From Octopus bimaculoides (taxonomy: Eukaryota): a stretch of DNA of 57,390 nt. Below are positions 38,880 through 52,489 of the stretch, in pieces. How positions within the stretch are numbered: position 1 is the first letter of the stretch; each line of letters begins with the position of its first letter. Both the position numbers and the translations under genes were made by a program. The notes beneath the pieces are model-generated. The model saw nothing but the letters and a program-made list of their open reading frames with translations. It searched no databases and was not told where the DNA came from. The stretch lies in the NCBI RefSeq assembly GCF_001194135.2, contig NC_068981.1, positions 129,476,036 to 129,533,425 on the forward strand, read 5' to 3'.

Positions 38880-40413
38880 CTAAAGAAATAGAGATGCATA
38901 GAAAAGTATTTCTACACATAGTCATAAAGATTTAGAAACAATGTCTCTTAAGACAACAAATGAATATGGCCATCTAATTGTATTGTAATTAATAATACAA
39001 AATATGGAGCTAATCATTTGAGTGATCTTTATTATTCTATTTATATTTCATATCAGAGATAGACATGCTAGAAATTCACATCACTTTAAATGCTGGATAA
39101 ATTAACAGTTAAGCTATTTAAAATGCTTAAGATATTTTGACTTGAACAGCTCATGGTTTTAATTAGTACTTCCTGCGTAATTATTGTAATAATTATCTTA
39201 AGGATTGCTGTCATTTAATGACCTGAAATTAGTGCACTAACATAGCAGAATGTTTTGCAGAGAGCATTAATATCAGTATAAATTTGTGATTGTAATAGGA
39301 CTTGATAATTGCTTAAAATGAATTCAACATCCTGGTATTTCCTAATTGATCCTTTCTTAAGCAAACACTGTCTGAAGCTCAGTTTAGTTGAATACTTACC
39401 CTTTTTCAATAGCTCACCATTTTCCCCTACACTTATTGTCTGTCTTGTTTTATAGGTCCCCAGAATTGTATCTAGCTGAACCTCCTTCTTTGTCATGTGA
39501 GCAACCAGTCTAATTCTCCTAAGGCTCTATATTGAAATGAAGTTCCTTTTGTAAAATTGTTTTTTCATTGAACTGTACAAGGTTATACATGTTCGCCAAT
39601 CATTGATTTCTCTTTACAAACCTGGCATTAATCAGTATATACAACAATCTCTTCAGAAGAAATTCATTGCTTCACCATGTATTCTCTAAAACGAATAATG
39701 TTTCGTTTATTTCAATTTTTTTCTGCTTTATATCCATTTCACTATCCTATGATAAGTGGAATAGTTTTACAAAAAGGATAATAGGAATTTGTTGGAGCTT
39801 ATGTCTTAATAGCTCAAAGCTCCCTCCATTATCAACTTCTCAGTTTAAAATAAAAACATTCCACAAATCTGAGCTTAGTTAGGAGCTGTAGGCAACTGAT
39901 ATAGCAGAATTTGAACTCATGACTTTGCTCAGAAAAGGCTTGAACTGTAATCCTATAACATAATCATCGCAAAATAGTAGGAATTCAGAGAAAACAGCCA
40001 ACAAATCAATATAACCTTGTAGTGATATGGTGGCAAGCTGGCAGAGTCATTACAACACCAGACAAAATGCTTAGCTGCATTTTGTCTATCTTTATATTCT
40101 GAGTTCAAATTCCACCAAGGTCAACTTTGCTTTTCATCCTTTTGTGGTCAATAAGATAAGTACCAGTTGAATACTGGGATTGATGCTATCGACTTATCCC
40201 CTCCTCTGAAAGCAAAATTTGAAACCGTTTTATGTTTGTAGTGGCTGATTTCGTAGACTCAATCCATTGATGAGTTTGAAGTTTTGATACAAAAAGCTTA
40301 CAATCAACCTCCAACATTATATATGACAACACTGACAGTTCTAGTGTCAGAATTCCTGATTTGTCAACCAGTATACATTATAAAATGTAAAGATTTCTTT
40401 ATTCTATCCTCAC

Positions 40414-40534
40414 CTGTAATGATTGGTTTTCTCTACCTAGTTCCTGTAGGGCTGCTTGAGCATCTTCTAATCTTCTTGTCACCACTGATATCCTTTCCTG
40501 AAGTGTTTCACATTCATTTTCACTAGCAAGACAC
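40414..40534 (-). CDS. EEA1: EEA1 coding exon, (R)CLASENECETLQERISVVTRRLEDAQAALQELGRENQSLQ, phase 2/0
   Basis: Acceptor ccttttccacag, donor GTGAGG, 121 nt; carries the characteristic EEA1 pre-FYVE motif AA(V/L)QELGRENQSLQ. Confidence 0.96.
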
Positions 40535-42179
40535 CTGTGGAAAAGGAAACATATTAAGACAAAAATATAAACAAAAACACCATCCACATATCTAGCTACA
40601 TCAATCAGTCAGTCAACAAAAACTTTGTTGAAGGAATATTAAAACTATCTCTCTCTTTCTCTCTCTCTGTATATGTATATATATATATATATNNNNNNNN
40701 NNNNNNNNNNNNNNNNNNNNNNNNNNNNNNNNNNNNNNNNNNNNNNNNNNNNNNNNNTATAGGCATGGGTGTGGCTGCATGGAAAGAAGTTTGCTTTCCA
40801 ACCATATAGTACTGGATTCAGTCCTGCTGCATGACACCTTGTGTTTTCTATTATAGTTCCAGGCTGACCAAAGCCTTGTGAGTGGATTTGGTGGATGGAA
40901 ACTGAAAGAAGTCCAGTGTGTGTGTGTGCTTGCACGCATGCATGCGCTTGTGATTTCTTTTCTTGACATCACATGATATTTGTAAATGAATGGCATTGTC
41001 ATGCAAGCAATGTCATTTATTTCCAATATTCTGCAAGAATATGTCTGGCTGTGGGGAAATATTACCTTACTTGGAAACAGGTGAGGGGTTGGTGACATGA
41101 AGTGCATCCAGTCATAGAAAATCTGTCTCAAACTCTCTCTGACCCATATAAGTATGGAGAAGTGGATGTTAGATGATGATAAGTTACTTCAATACAATAA
41201 AGAACACCAAATAAACCTCCCCTTGTCAATACCATTGACAGGCCACTAAATTCTCTTTCACAAACACTATTTGGCTGACAATGAAATATGTTTTCTCATT
41301 AAAAAAACATTGTTAATTAACTGTTAGATTGAAAGAAAAATTTGAAGATGTACCAGTCTCCATATTCTTTGTAATTGTTTTGGATTTACACTCCCCAAAA
41401 TATTCATAACCTAGTGAAGTGAACCTGGATTTACCCCTCAGAAGAAGTGCAGTGGGACTGCTCATCCTAAGTGATCTTTAGTGTTTCTTATTACTTGATG
41501 TGGTTAGCTAGAGCCTGGACCATACCTCAGAGCTCTTACAGTGCCCACCTGGATAGCTTATCCTTACATGCTCATCGTATATATATATATATATATATAT
41601 AAATTCCTTCTTCACCAGAAGAATGTCACTGTGTTTTCCTAAATTCCAACTATTCAATTATCACATTGATTGTACTAAACACCCTCAACAATTAAATCTG
41701 AGACCCACGAAATCAAAAGCTTACCTCTTTCTTCCTACTTAATTCAAAGTTTGTGTATCATTTTACTAAGTTGTTATTTAATCCATAGGTTATTACTGAG
41801 CTATCTTGACTTGCATTTTATCAGCCAGGTCAGTTGTAGTCCATCATTATACTCTTCTACATTCTTCTAAGCTATTCTATTACTATGTTAGTATCATCAT
41901 TTAAAGTTCAAAAACCAAATATTTCGAAGGATTTATACAGAGTGGTCCAAAATCTACTATTAAATATACACGTATGTATTAAATGGTAGTGTGACTTTTC
42001 ACCACTTTGTAAATAATATAATTTCATTGTTCAGGACTTTAAGAGCTTAGCAATAAGTTACTGAAATCTTTCCCAAGTAATGTAACATTAGCCTATGATA
42101 ATATCTTAATAATCACAACTGAAACACCTTGTCATTCATTTATAATCCTCCAACAATTTTAAAAACCAAAATCTTTTAC

Positions 42180-42234
42180 CGTTCCAGCAGTAATTTCCTT
42201 TCATCATTGCTGTTGGCCAATTTTGCTTCCAACT
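42180..42234 (-). CDS. EEA1: EEA1 coding exon, (E)LEAKLANSNDERKLLLE(R), phase 1/2
   Basis: Acceptor tttctctctctgcag, donor GTAAAA, 55 nt; phases join both neighbouring exons; resembles EEA1 DERRALLERC. Confidence 0.92.
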
Positions 42235-43687
42235 CTGCAGAGAGAGAAACATAAAAGAATGTTTGGTAATTAGTAATCATGGAATGAATTTAATCATACA
42301 ATGTAAATAATCATGCTATCTGTTGGATAACATCCCCTATCAAACAGAGCTACTTGTTAATGTGTGTTAACTGGTTATATTGGAGCATATTCTCATACAA
42401 AATTATCTTATAAATCATATACCATCTTATCACCATCTTTAAGTCACTTGTCCAAAATTGCCACTTTGTCACACAGAGCTATGATTAATGTTGTTACAGC
42501 TGTGATCATGCACACAACTGAGCCCCTCAATTTGACCTTGTCAAACCTTCCCTATCCCCTCATAACTCATCTAACTATTGTATTATTCTGATGTTGTAAA
42601 TGAATGAGTGTGGAATTCTGTGCTGCCAGTTATCTTACTCTCTCCCCTGAATCATTTCATACTGACACCTATCTTTCATTCTTAACACTGTCTCATATCT
42701 ACCATTGATAACTCATACCTTCATTCACTACATACTTACATTCCCCATTTTGTGTCTCTGACCACCTCTACTTCTATTACTATACATCTCTCACTTCCCA
42801 CACACACATGCAATTTTTATTCACCTCCACTCATCTTCTCTCAATCTCTCATCTTCCACCTATCTACTACATTGCTATTATTCTGTAACTCTTTATTCTG
42901 TTATCATCTCTCCCCTAAGCCACTTCTATTGACATCTATCCCTCATTCTCTTTCCCCTCATAAACTCATATTTATCATCCACCACTCTCTACTCTTGTTC
43001 ATCAATCACTACATTTATTCTCACCCTTATCTCTAACCATTTATCATTCTACCCCCACGTTCGCAAGCTTTGTCCACTCACCCTTTCCGATCATCTGTCC
43101 CCATACTTTTTTCTATTTATCTTCTTATCCTTGAAGATATGCTCAGACTCCTCACCATCATTTTACCTCTCTTCCCAACTACACCCTACTTCCTCCCAAC
43201 CAGCTTTATACAACACAGGATAGTCATGTATTTCCTCTACAAAAAGAAACCTTTTCTTTCAATCAACACCTATCTTAAAGTGACCTTCCTACTAGATCAC
43301 ACTTAGTTGAGGGGGCTCTTTAGTCTTGTGACTTACATGACAACCGCACTAGTGCTGGTGCCATGATGAAAGTACCCAGTGCTCTGTTAAGTAGTTTGCA
43401 TTAGGAAGGGTATCCAACTGTAGAAACTAAACTAAAGCAAACATTGGAGCATGATGCAGTCCTCCAACTTGTCAGATCCTGTCAAATATTCTGACATGGA
43501 ATATGGATGTTAGATGGTGGTGTGACAGTGAAGAATTTAAATACTGTTTCTAAGAATTATCCTACTTCTTGCATAAATGATATTACTCTTGTCCTTTCTC
43601 CAACATGACACAGGATAGATGAAAAATAGATATTTAAAGAAGGTATTTAGAAGAGATAGCATGAAGCATGATATTAATAAATCATAC

Positions 43688-43871
43688 CAAGTTTTTGTCC
43701 TTGAAGCTCATCACAGAGTTTGGTCTGTTCCTCCACAGCTTGTTGAGATACAACCAGATCCCCACGAACTGTTGTCAAATTCTCAGTTACTACAGCCAGT
43801 TGCATTTCATAACGGGTTTCATTTTCTTCACATTTTTTCTCAAGCTGCTGGTAACTGTTTTCTTTGGAGCT
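43688..43871 (-). CDS. EEA1: EEA1 coding exon, SSKENSYQQLEKKCEENETRYEMQLAVVTENLTTVRGDL...QGQKL, phase 0/1
   Basis: Acceptor ttttctctttatag, donor GTATGA, 184 nt; resembles the EEA1 segment HEENEAKLTMQITALNENLGTVK (recalled). Confidence 0.92.
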
Positions 43872-44830
43872 CTATAAAGAGAAAATAAAACATGACCTCT
43901 CTGAATTAATGCAATTTAATCACCAAAAAATAAAGGAAATTAATTTTCCATTTAAAGAAGTATTCAGAAAAAACACTTCTGAATATTTTGGTGTGTAGTG
44001 GACAACAGGGTTCTTCAGTTTGCTGGTGGGTTGGTTCATTTGTCTCACTTCCTTTTTCCATATGCTAGCATAGATTGGACGAATACATGTTATTTAAGGC
44101 ATTGTTTTACAATTCCTGTTGTAAACCCTCACCTGTTTATCAAATAAGGGTTTTTTTTATTCTGTTCATCTTTGAAAGTACACAGCTAGTGAACCATTTT
44201 GCTGACATTCCTTGTCACCAAACATAACAGTTTGTAACTCACCAATTTTTATGTGAAGTACAGAATATAATCATTCAAGTAGACACACACACACACACAC
44301 ACACACATCTCTTCTCTTCTTGGTAGTTTCTTAAGTCTAGAAAGATGACTCTGCAATTTCTTACTGGACAATTTCCACAGATGATTTGTTTATAGTGATC
44401 AAATGTTTGTGCTGTACATGAGCTTACACCCTACCTCAAATCAACATTACCTCTACAGGTGCACAGTGTGCCACATGTCAGATGAACAACATAAGAATGA
44501 AGTGTTTTGGTCAAGAACGTAAAGCGCTGCTTGGTCCAAGAATCAAAACCACACTCCTGTGATCGTTAATGTAACACCCTAACCACTAGGCCATGCATGA
44601 CACACATGACAAGCTTCTGTGCAGCTTTTGCCTACCAAATTCACTTACATGGGTTTGGTTGGCCAAACTTTTTATCTCACTGTGATACAATAATAATTTA
44701 ATAATGAACTAACTTTTGAATGTGTAAAGAATATCCATTTCTCTGACTCCATATAAACAAAGTATTTAGTTGGAGTAAGTGAGGGTTACCACATAGGGAA
44801 CATGGAGAATAAATCTTAAAATAATAAATA

Positions 44831-47219
44831 TGTAGGAGTCAGGAAAGCCATTAGTGTTGTTGCGAAATAGCACAGTCATGGCAACTTCAACCAATCAGAG
44901 CTGGGCATGTATTAATACTAGAAGCAGTTAACCATCCACATAGGTAAGCACATGTTTTCTGACAGTCAGTGGAAGAACACAACACAAACAACATTGCTTC
45001 TTCATCATGGAACAGCTCCTGGTTTTCTCACCAACTTTGTGCTGCAAACTTCTGAATCAAATTAAGCTCTCAACACTGACCACATCATGGACATCCTATT
45101 ACATTTTTGTCAACTTCGTCTTGCGAGCACCTTTTCAGTTAGTCTTTATCTACACAGCTCTACATATTTCCATCTCAGCTAGCTTTTTATGGCTTACAAC
45201 TAAATCATTTGTTCAATCATAAGTTTTATCACTTTCCTTTGACTCCTACATATACGGCCACTTCGCTCATGACTCGTCAGCTCTCATTCTTATTTTAATA
45301 AAGTTACATTGTTTTGTTTAAAAACTGCCTTCTGATATCCATTATACATGCTTCTCAAAAGCGCATTGAATGGAATTTTTTCAAGAACACTTTCATACTT
45401 TAAATTAGTGACCACTCTCACTAAATTGGTGACTTTACCATGATGGTTCATTTTTACATTGCCATTGTTATTTCTACATCGGTGGCCCCGATGTGATATA
45501 AACACAGAGGACATTCATCCTCTGACTTCCTTCCATCAGTTACACCACTACCACAATTTATTTAACTTTTATCGATGATTCATTCCTTACTGTGCTGGAC
45601 TCCTGTCTCCATTCACTGAGCTTCTCCAGAACCAATGCAGAAGATTGAAACCATTTCGTTAATTCCTAGTCAAACCAAAGCTTTTGACACTGTGAAACAC
45701 TCTTTCTACAGCCTGTCTCCTTGCACACTGTGTCTCCGATGCAAAGCTTTCGCTTGTGGTTAATGCATCAGACACTGCAATCGGTGCTGTTTTACAGTCA
45801 TTTCATCAGCAACACTTACAAACCTCTTCCTCTGGACTCACTCAAGATATCTTCTCTCAAATCTGCAATGTGCAAATTCCATACTTTGCCTGTGCCAATC
45901 TCTGAAGATCCTGTGTGACGTCTCAACAGATTCACCTTGTCCTTTTGTCCTACTGACTCATAGATGAACTGTTTTTGAAGCCCTGCTTAATCACATCCTG
46001 GATCCTCAGCCTCAGTGAAGCTTATTATGGCTAGATTCTTCTGGCTAACATGAGGCACTGACATCACTGACTGGCCTCAATCTTACCTCCACTGCCCAAG
46101 GTCGATGGTGCATACACTCATTCGCTCACCCCTTGGCACCATCAGCACACCAGATGCATGCTTTTGTTACATCCACATTGATCTTGTTAGACCCTGGCCC
46201 ATCAGTCAAAGATATGCTTACATTCTCACTTGTCTTGAATATTTCACTCACTGGCCTGACATCATGTCTCTGTTATTTCTGCCTACTCCATAGCTTGAGC
46301 CCTGGTATTAGGTTGGTTATTGCATTATAGAACTTTTACACACACCACTTTCATTGGCTCAGGAGGCTTTGCAAGACTGTATATAGGAACTGGCCCTGAG
46401 TGCCTGTTATTTTCTCATTTTTGTACTTGCCTTTTCTCACATTTGTTGTATTGTTTTCTTGATGTATTCATGTTGTTTTTTTCCCCTAGTTTGAACGTTT
46501 GGTTCTGCATTTTTTTCTTCCTTTTTCTTGTTGTATTACTGTTGTATCAACTTGTAGTCTGAACAGGGAGTACTGTAGGAGTTAGGAAAGACATTGGTGT
46601 TGTTGCAGAATAGCACAGTCATGGCAACTTAACCAATCAGAGCTGGGTGCGTGTTAATACTAGAAGCAGTTATCCACTCTCATAGGTAAGCACGCATTTT
46701 TTGACAGTCAGAAGAAGAACATGACATGAGCAACATTGCTTCTTCATCATGGAACAGCTCCTGGTTTTCTCACCAACTTAGCGCCGCAAACTTCTGAATC
46801 AAATTAAGCTCTCAACGCTGACCACATCATGGACATCCTATTATGTTTTTGTCAACTTCACCTTGCGAGCACCTTTTCAGTTAGTCTTTATCTACACAAT
46901 TCTACATATATTATGAGTGGTTTATTTCCATCTCAGCTGGCTTCATTTCTGCTGGCTTTTTATGGCTTACAACTAAATCATTTGTCCAATTGTAAGTTTT
47001 ATCACTTTACTCTGACTCCTACACATATGCCTGCTTCACTGACTTTACAATGTTTTGTTTAAAAATTACCTTCTGACATTCATTACATATGCTTCTCAAA
47101 AGCCCATTGAATGGACTTTTTCCATGAACACTTTCATACTTTAAATTAGTGACCACTCTCACTAAATTGGTGACTTTACTATGATGGTTCATTTTTACTT
47201 TGCCATTGTTATTTTTACA
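44831..47219 (+). mobile_element. Internally deleted Ty3/Gypsy LTR retrotransposon in an EEA1 intron, antisense to the host gene
   Basis: LTRs 44831-45478 and 46574-47219, both TG...CA; 4-bp TSD AATA; PBS 45480-45497; purine tract aacagggag before the 3' LTR. Degenerate RT tail (NFYR*FIPYCAGLLSP), RNase H (DAKLSLVVNASDTAIGAVLQ) and integrase (HPG...ARFFW...IHIDLVRPWP...LTCLEYFTHW). Confidence 0.92.
45480..45497 (+). other. Primer-binding site complementary to the tRNA-Trp 3' end
   Basis: cggtggccccgatgtgat versus TGGTGACCCCGACGTGAT (complement of metazoan tRNA-Trp-CCA): 15/18 identical, all three differences transitions, 1 nt after the 5' LTR. Confidence 0.8.
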
Positions 47220-47243
47220 AATAGATAATTACAAAAAACTTAC

Positions 47244-47333
47244 TAATTGTTCTTTAAGTTCAGCATTTTGATTTTCAAAGGATGTAAGAGATAAAGCAGA
47301 TTTTTCTTTGACTTTGCTCAGTTCTTCTTGTAC
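47244..47333 (-). CDS. EEA1: EEA1 coding exon, VQEELSKVKEKSALSLTSFENQNAELKEQL
   Basis: Acceptor ctctttgttactag, donor GTAAGT, 90 nt. Confidence 0.88.
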
Positions 47334-48501
47334 CTAGTAACAAAGAGGTATTTTATAAAAGATTTGGTTACATTTTCTCTAAATATCCAAAAAACAGCAT
47401 AAACATACTAAAACAATAAATTTTCCACCAGCAGTAAGAATATATCTTATCTCCTCTTTCCCTGTTCCCACTACAATTTCCAATGGCCATTACTATTTTC
47501 ATGGCATCAAGCAATTGAATAACAACACTTCTCCAAGATAGAATGCTAATGTATTTGATGTTTTACTAGTAGGAAGACTTGAACTCCGACTACAAACTCA
47601 CAGTTTTGTGTGCAAAATACTCTGCCTTTACAGTAGTCAAATACATCTCACCACGATACCTCATTTTAGCAAAGTGGAAAAAGCTACTAAGAATGCAACA
47701 TCAGTGGTGTACTTGTGACAGTGTTCAAACTGTTGACTATTTGGCTACAACTCTAATGATCTGGCCAGTTCCATCTCTTTACTACTTCTTTCACATTCTT
47801 TTTTCTACAGTTGTATGGGTTGTAACATAGCATATTTCCATGCATCTCAATCAGATGTCATCTTAACAGGAGGACTTAAATTTCTAAAATCCTTTTCTCC
47901 AATTCGTTTTTTTTTTTTTTTTATCAAACTCCATATCTAATATCTGTTGCCATCTCAAGTGACATCACATCACACCAAGTTTACTTGGCCTCAACCAGTC
48001 ATTTCAGTGTATTATACTAAGCTCATTCATCTTTAGATACTGAAATGAAATAAATTATCAGGAGATATATGCATTTAATTATAGAGTTATTGATTTCTTA
48101 CATAGGTAAAGGCTTTAGATTTATGGAAGTTGGAACAGAAATGTTCCAAACATTTTTATTATTTCTAAGAAGATCATCATCAGCTGAAGTCAAATAAATC
48201 CTTATGGGTTATTAAAGCTGTTGTAAACTTGGTTAACTTAAAATTTCGCTTTATTGTTTGATACTTTTCATTAGAAAACTAAATAGTAACTGTAGAAGGC
48301 AAATAATTCTCAATGAATTCTCTGTTGTTACTAAGATGGTGGTCAAATGTTTTAAGTCCTTAATTTACCTCTCATAAAAAAGATAAGATGACTATGACCA
48401 AGAAACATTAATTGAATATTTTCTCCCAATTTGCCACCTCAACGGAGCTAGAAGAATGAGGTCTGCTACTCAACAATAATAACAATAAGAATAAAACTTA
48501 C

Positions 48502-48597
48502 ATTACTGATAGTTGTCTCTAATTCTGACTTTTCTGACTGCAACTGGAGTTTCTGATCAATTAACAACTGTTTTGCTTCTTGTAGTGTGTTCACATT
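48502..48597 (-). CDS. EEA1: EEA1 coding exon, NVNTLQEAKQLLIDQKLQLQSEKSELETTISN
   Basis: Acceptor ttgattgatttcag, donor GTAAGT, 96 nt. LQEAKQLLIDQKLQLQ resembles the vertebrate EEA1 segment AKELLIQQKLELQ (recalled, not searched). Confidence 0.92.
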
Positions 48598-49305
48598 CTG
48601 AAATCAATCAAGAAAATATCTAAAGTGTATATTTTGGGAGAAACAATCATTACAGAAGGAATACCATTGTATAATTTACTAAGAAATTATTTATTCATTG
48701 GATTTGAGAAAAAAAAAGAAACCAATTGATTCACAACCAAACCACCACAAAGAACCGACTGCAGTTTCTGACCCTTCCATAGTTATGTCCTCTATCTACT
48801 TTTTCTGTGACACACATCTTCCTGAATAGGGATGACTGAACTACCTCATCAACAGCTGACTATATACTTTTCTCTAACAAGAATTCACACATAAAAAGAA
48901 CCCTCTATTTTTGGAACCATTATTATTTACTGCATAATGTAAATGTGAAGGGAAGACTAGAAAACAGTGTATTATTCAGTGAGTTCAAATCCTGTGCTGG
49001 ACACCAAGTTTTGTTTTCAAAGCAAAACACATTATCAATTTAATCAGCCTAACAAAATAAGTACCCTCTCACCTATCAAGTAGCAATTAATATATTTGAC
49101 TGTTAACCTCCTGTCAAGAACATTGCTTTGATACCAAAAACTTCGGTTTGGGATTACTTGTTTCATATTCTTGACAATAATATCTGTTACTTCTTTTCCA
49201 TTTTTCATTTAACTGCAGTTAGTTCTTCAATGCTAAAAACTAAATATTTTCTTCAGCTAAAATATGAAGAAGACAACACTAGTGAGCTGCATCAACCAGC
49301 TAACC

Positions 49306-49338
<33 letters not shown>

Positions 49339-49444
49339 CAAGTATCTAAGTTTTCAGATCCATCAAATACATGCTACATTGAAAGAAAAAAGTTAAATTT
49401 AAAAATGAGAAGGAAAAAAAAGATTCTCATCTTGTTATATTTAC

Positions 49445-49576
49445 TTGCTTTAACTTAATAGTTTCCTCTTGCATTACATTTCTGGTGTTCTCAAGGTTTT
49501 TAGCAAATTCATCTCTTTGTTTTTCAGTTGAACTCAGAGAAGTTTCTATTTGGCTCACTTGTGATTTTAATTGTGT
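49445..49576 (-). CDS. EEA1: EEA1 coding exon, TQLKSQVSQIETSLSSTEKQRDEFAKNLENTRNVMQEETIKLKQ
   Basis: Acceptor ttttttctttgccattccag, donor GTAAAT, 132 nt, open in phase 0. Confidence 0.88.
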
Positions 49577-50837
49577 CTGGAATGGCAAAGAAAAAATGTA
49601 AGCTTACTTTGTATAACATTCAATTCTTTGAAATGAGAAACTTCACAAGTTCCTTGTTTAAAAGATTTCAGTATTTATTTATAATATCTATCAATTATAC
49701 AGCAAGCATTATCACCATTGCTAAAACTATCAGTCATTATTTTACTGTCTGCTTTTCCACACTGAAATGGGTTTGAAAGTTTGAACAACTTCAAAATATT
49801 CTAATCTTGACTATTTGTAAGTAACACTTTAAAAAGTTGATTTAATTTAGCATGGCTCTTCACCATGTAACGATAACTACCTGATTCATATCCAAACCCA
49901 TCATCAAGAACTGACTGAAATTTCTTTCACACCACAGTTATTTCCTCTCTCTACTGTTTTCCATGACATACTTCTGGTTGTCTGGACACCCTTCCTAACT
50001 GACCAGGCCAATTCCACAACATGCATCATTCATCCATATTACATACCAATATGATAATTTCTCACATCTATATTCATCTAAGTTTGCATTGCATTTCCAA
50101 CAGGTATTATCTCATTCTTTTCCAGTTATTTCAACTACTCTGCATCCATACTCCATGTTTAAGTATCGTATAACATTACATTTCTAATACTTGTCATGTA
50201 GACAAAAGATAGAGACATAAACACTATTGTTGTTAATAGGAACAATAGTTCTCTAGGTTATCTCTCCTTTAGTTTATAGCTACTAAGCTAAAATTATCAA
50301 CTCCAGCAATGCTTAGGGATTTGTGCAGAGGATGAAACAAGTTGATGTAGAGAGTAGCAAATTGCAAAAGATTTGTGGAAAGTCTGTTTAGCAGAGCTTA
50401 TTTAGTCTGTCTAGTAAACTGCTTAAACAGGCTATGTCATTAATCTTCATTACCCAATCATCACCATCATCATTTACTGTCCATTTTTCATGCTGGTATG
50501 GTTTGGATAGTTTGACAAGAGCTGGCAAGCCAGAGGACAGCATCAGGCTTCACTGTCTGTTTTGGTATGGGTTTTATGGCTGGACACCCTTCCTAACACC
50601 AACCACCCTACAGAGTCCCTGGGTATTTTTTACGAAGTACCAGTACCAGGGGGATCACAGAGTAACTCACAAGACAAAGATCCTTTGAGAAGTGAGGTGA
50701 TATTGAAGGTGGTTGCCTTGTGCCAGGTGATGAGAGATTAGAGTGTGACAGGGGGACAGAAACAGGTGTCTTGCTGTAGAGGAGATACAACATTCAAATA
50801 GAAAATAATTCCACACTGGAACAAAAATAGCACTTAC

Positions 50838-50927
50838 TGTTTCCTGCTCAAGCTCATCTTTAATCCTAGTCATCTCTTTCAATTCTTCATCTAATTTAAC
50901 CATTTTGCTGTTCATAGATGTACGTAT
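50838..50927 (-). CDS. EEA1: EEA1 coding exon, IRTSMNSKMVKLDEELKEMTRIKDELEQET
   Basis: Acceptor ttcttcattgcag, donor GTAAGT, 90 nt. Confidence 0.88.
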
Positions 50928-51788
50928 CTGCAATGAAGAACACTCAACACTTTAGTAAATCTGAATACTTGGGTTAATGAGTTTTTAATTAAGGATGCAA
51001 TTTTGATGTTATAAAAGAATATTAAACTGTGATGTTCATGGTATTCACCAGGTGTTTTTGCAAATATATTAGTCCAAGAAGTGAATATGTTATTACCAGA
51101 AACTGAAAGTTCCATATGAATACATTCATCACAAAAGTACAAAGTATGTCATTGTTATCATTCAATGTCTGTTTTCCATCCTGGCATAGGTTGGATGGTT
51201 TGACGAGCTGGCCATCAGAGAGCTGCACCAGGCTCCATTTGTCTGTTATGGCATGGTTTCTATGGCTGGATGCCCTTCCTAATGTTTACTAAACAGAGTG
51301 TGCTGGGTGATTCTTATGTGACACCAGCATGAGTGCCTTTTATGCAGTGCCAGCATGAGTGCTTTTGATGTGGCACTGACACGAGTGCTTTTTATGTGGC
51401 ACTGGCATGAGTGCCTCTTATGTGGTGCTGGCATGAGTGCTTTTTATGTGATACCACTGGCACAAGTATTGCCAGTGCCCCTGGAATGGCTCTTGTGCAG
51501 GTGGCACATAAAATACANNNNNNNNNNNNNNNNNNNNNNNNNNNNNNNNNNNNNNNNNNNNNNNNNNNNNNNNNNNNNNNNNNNNNNNNNNNNNNNNNNN
51601 NNNNNNNNNNNNNNNNNNNNNNNNNNNNNNNNNNNNNNNNNNNNNNNNNNNNNNNNNNNNNNNNNNNNNNNNNNNNNNNNNNNNNNNNNNNNNNNNNNNN
51701 NNNNNNNNNNNNNNNNNNNNNNNNNNNNNNNNNNNNNNNNNNNNNNNNNNNNNNNNNNNNNNNNNNNNNNNNNNNNNNNNNNNNNNNN

Positions 51789-51835
<47 letters not shown>

Positions 51836-51858
51836 AACAGTTCAGTAAAACAAAATAC

Positions 51859-52017
51859 CTCATTTAGTTGTTCTAAAGATGTTGTCAATTCTTTTTCATG
51901 TTCTACAGATTTGTTCAGGTCCTTTTGAAGATTAGCTGATTTGGTCTCAACAAGTTTTAGTTCAGTATTTGTTTTGTCTAGTTTTGATGTCAAATCAGTT
52001 TTCGATTCTTCTAGCAT
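51859..52017 (-). CDS. EEA1: EEA1 coding exon, MLEESKTDLTSKLDK...TTSLEQLNE
   Basis: Acceptor aaattttag, donor GTATTT, 159 nt; corresponds to the first 53 aa of ORF 51418..52017. Confidence 0.88.
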
Positions 52018-52489
52018 CTAAAATTTAAATATGGAAATAACACAAATCAAATATTAAATAAAGATTCCTCAAATTTCTAAAAGGCAGTGCATTTTTTGAG
52101 GGTTGGGAGAATGTCAACTGAATCAAACTCGCAAATGCATGGTACTTATTTTATAAAATCTGTAAAAAGAAAATTCAAGCAAACTGTCAACATGGTACAC
52201 TCTCTTTTCATGCATTTTTTTAAGAAGAAAGGGTAGCACCCACGACTCTTCTGAAAGTCTCTATATTTGGAGTAAAGGAGTAAGTTATCTTCAAACTTGA
52301 AACCTGGCCCAAATGCTTGCAACAGAGCAGACTCTGTAAAAAGAACTCCTGGGCTAAATGTTACATTAGGTGACAAATTAAGTCCATCACCCAATTTAAG
52401 GATGATATTGCCAAAATGGAAACATAGAATAAAAAAAAAACTTTTCAAGTCAGGTTAGATAAATTATTCAAGTAACAAAATGCTGTCAT

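Noticed and set aside
42580-43230. Long pyrimidine-rich stretches with several ORFs (also 18400-19020 and 37330-37960)
   Set aside because: Low-complexity, probably decayed retroelement sequence; the ORFs show only compositional bias and no family could be assigned by eye.
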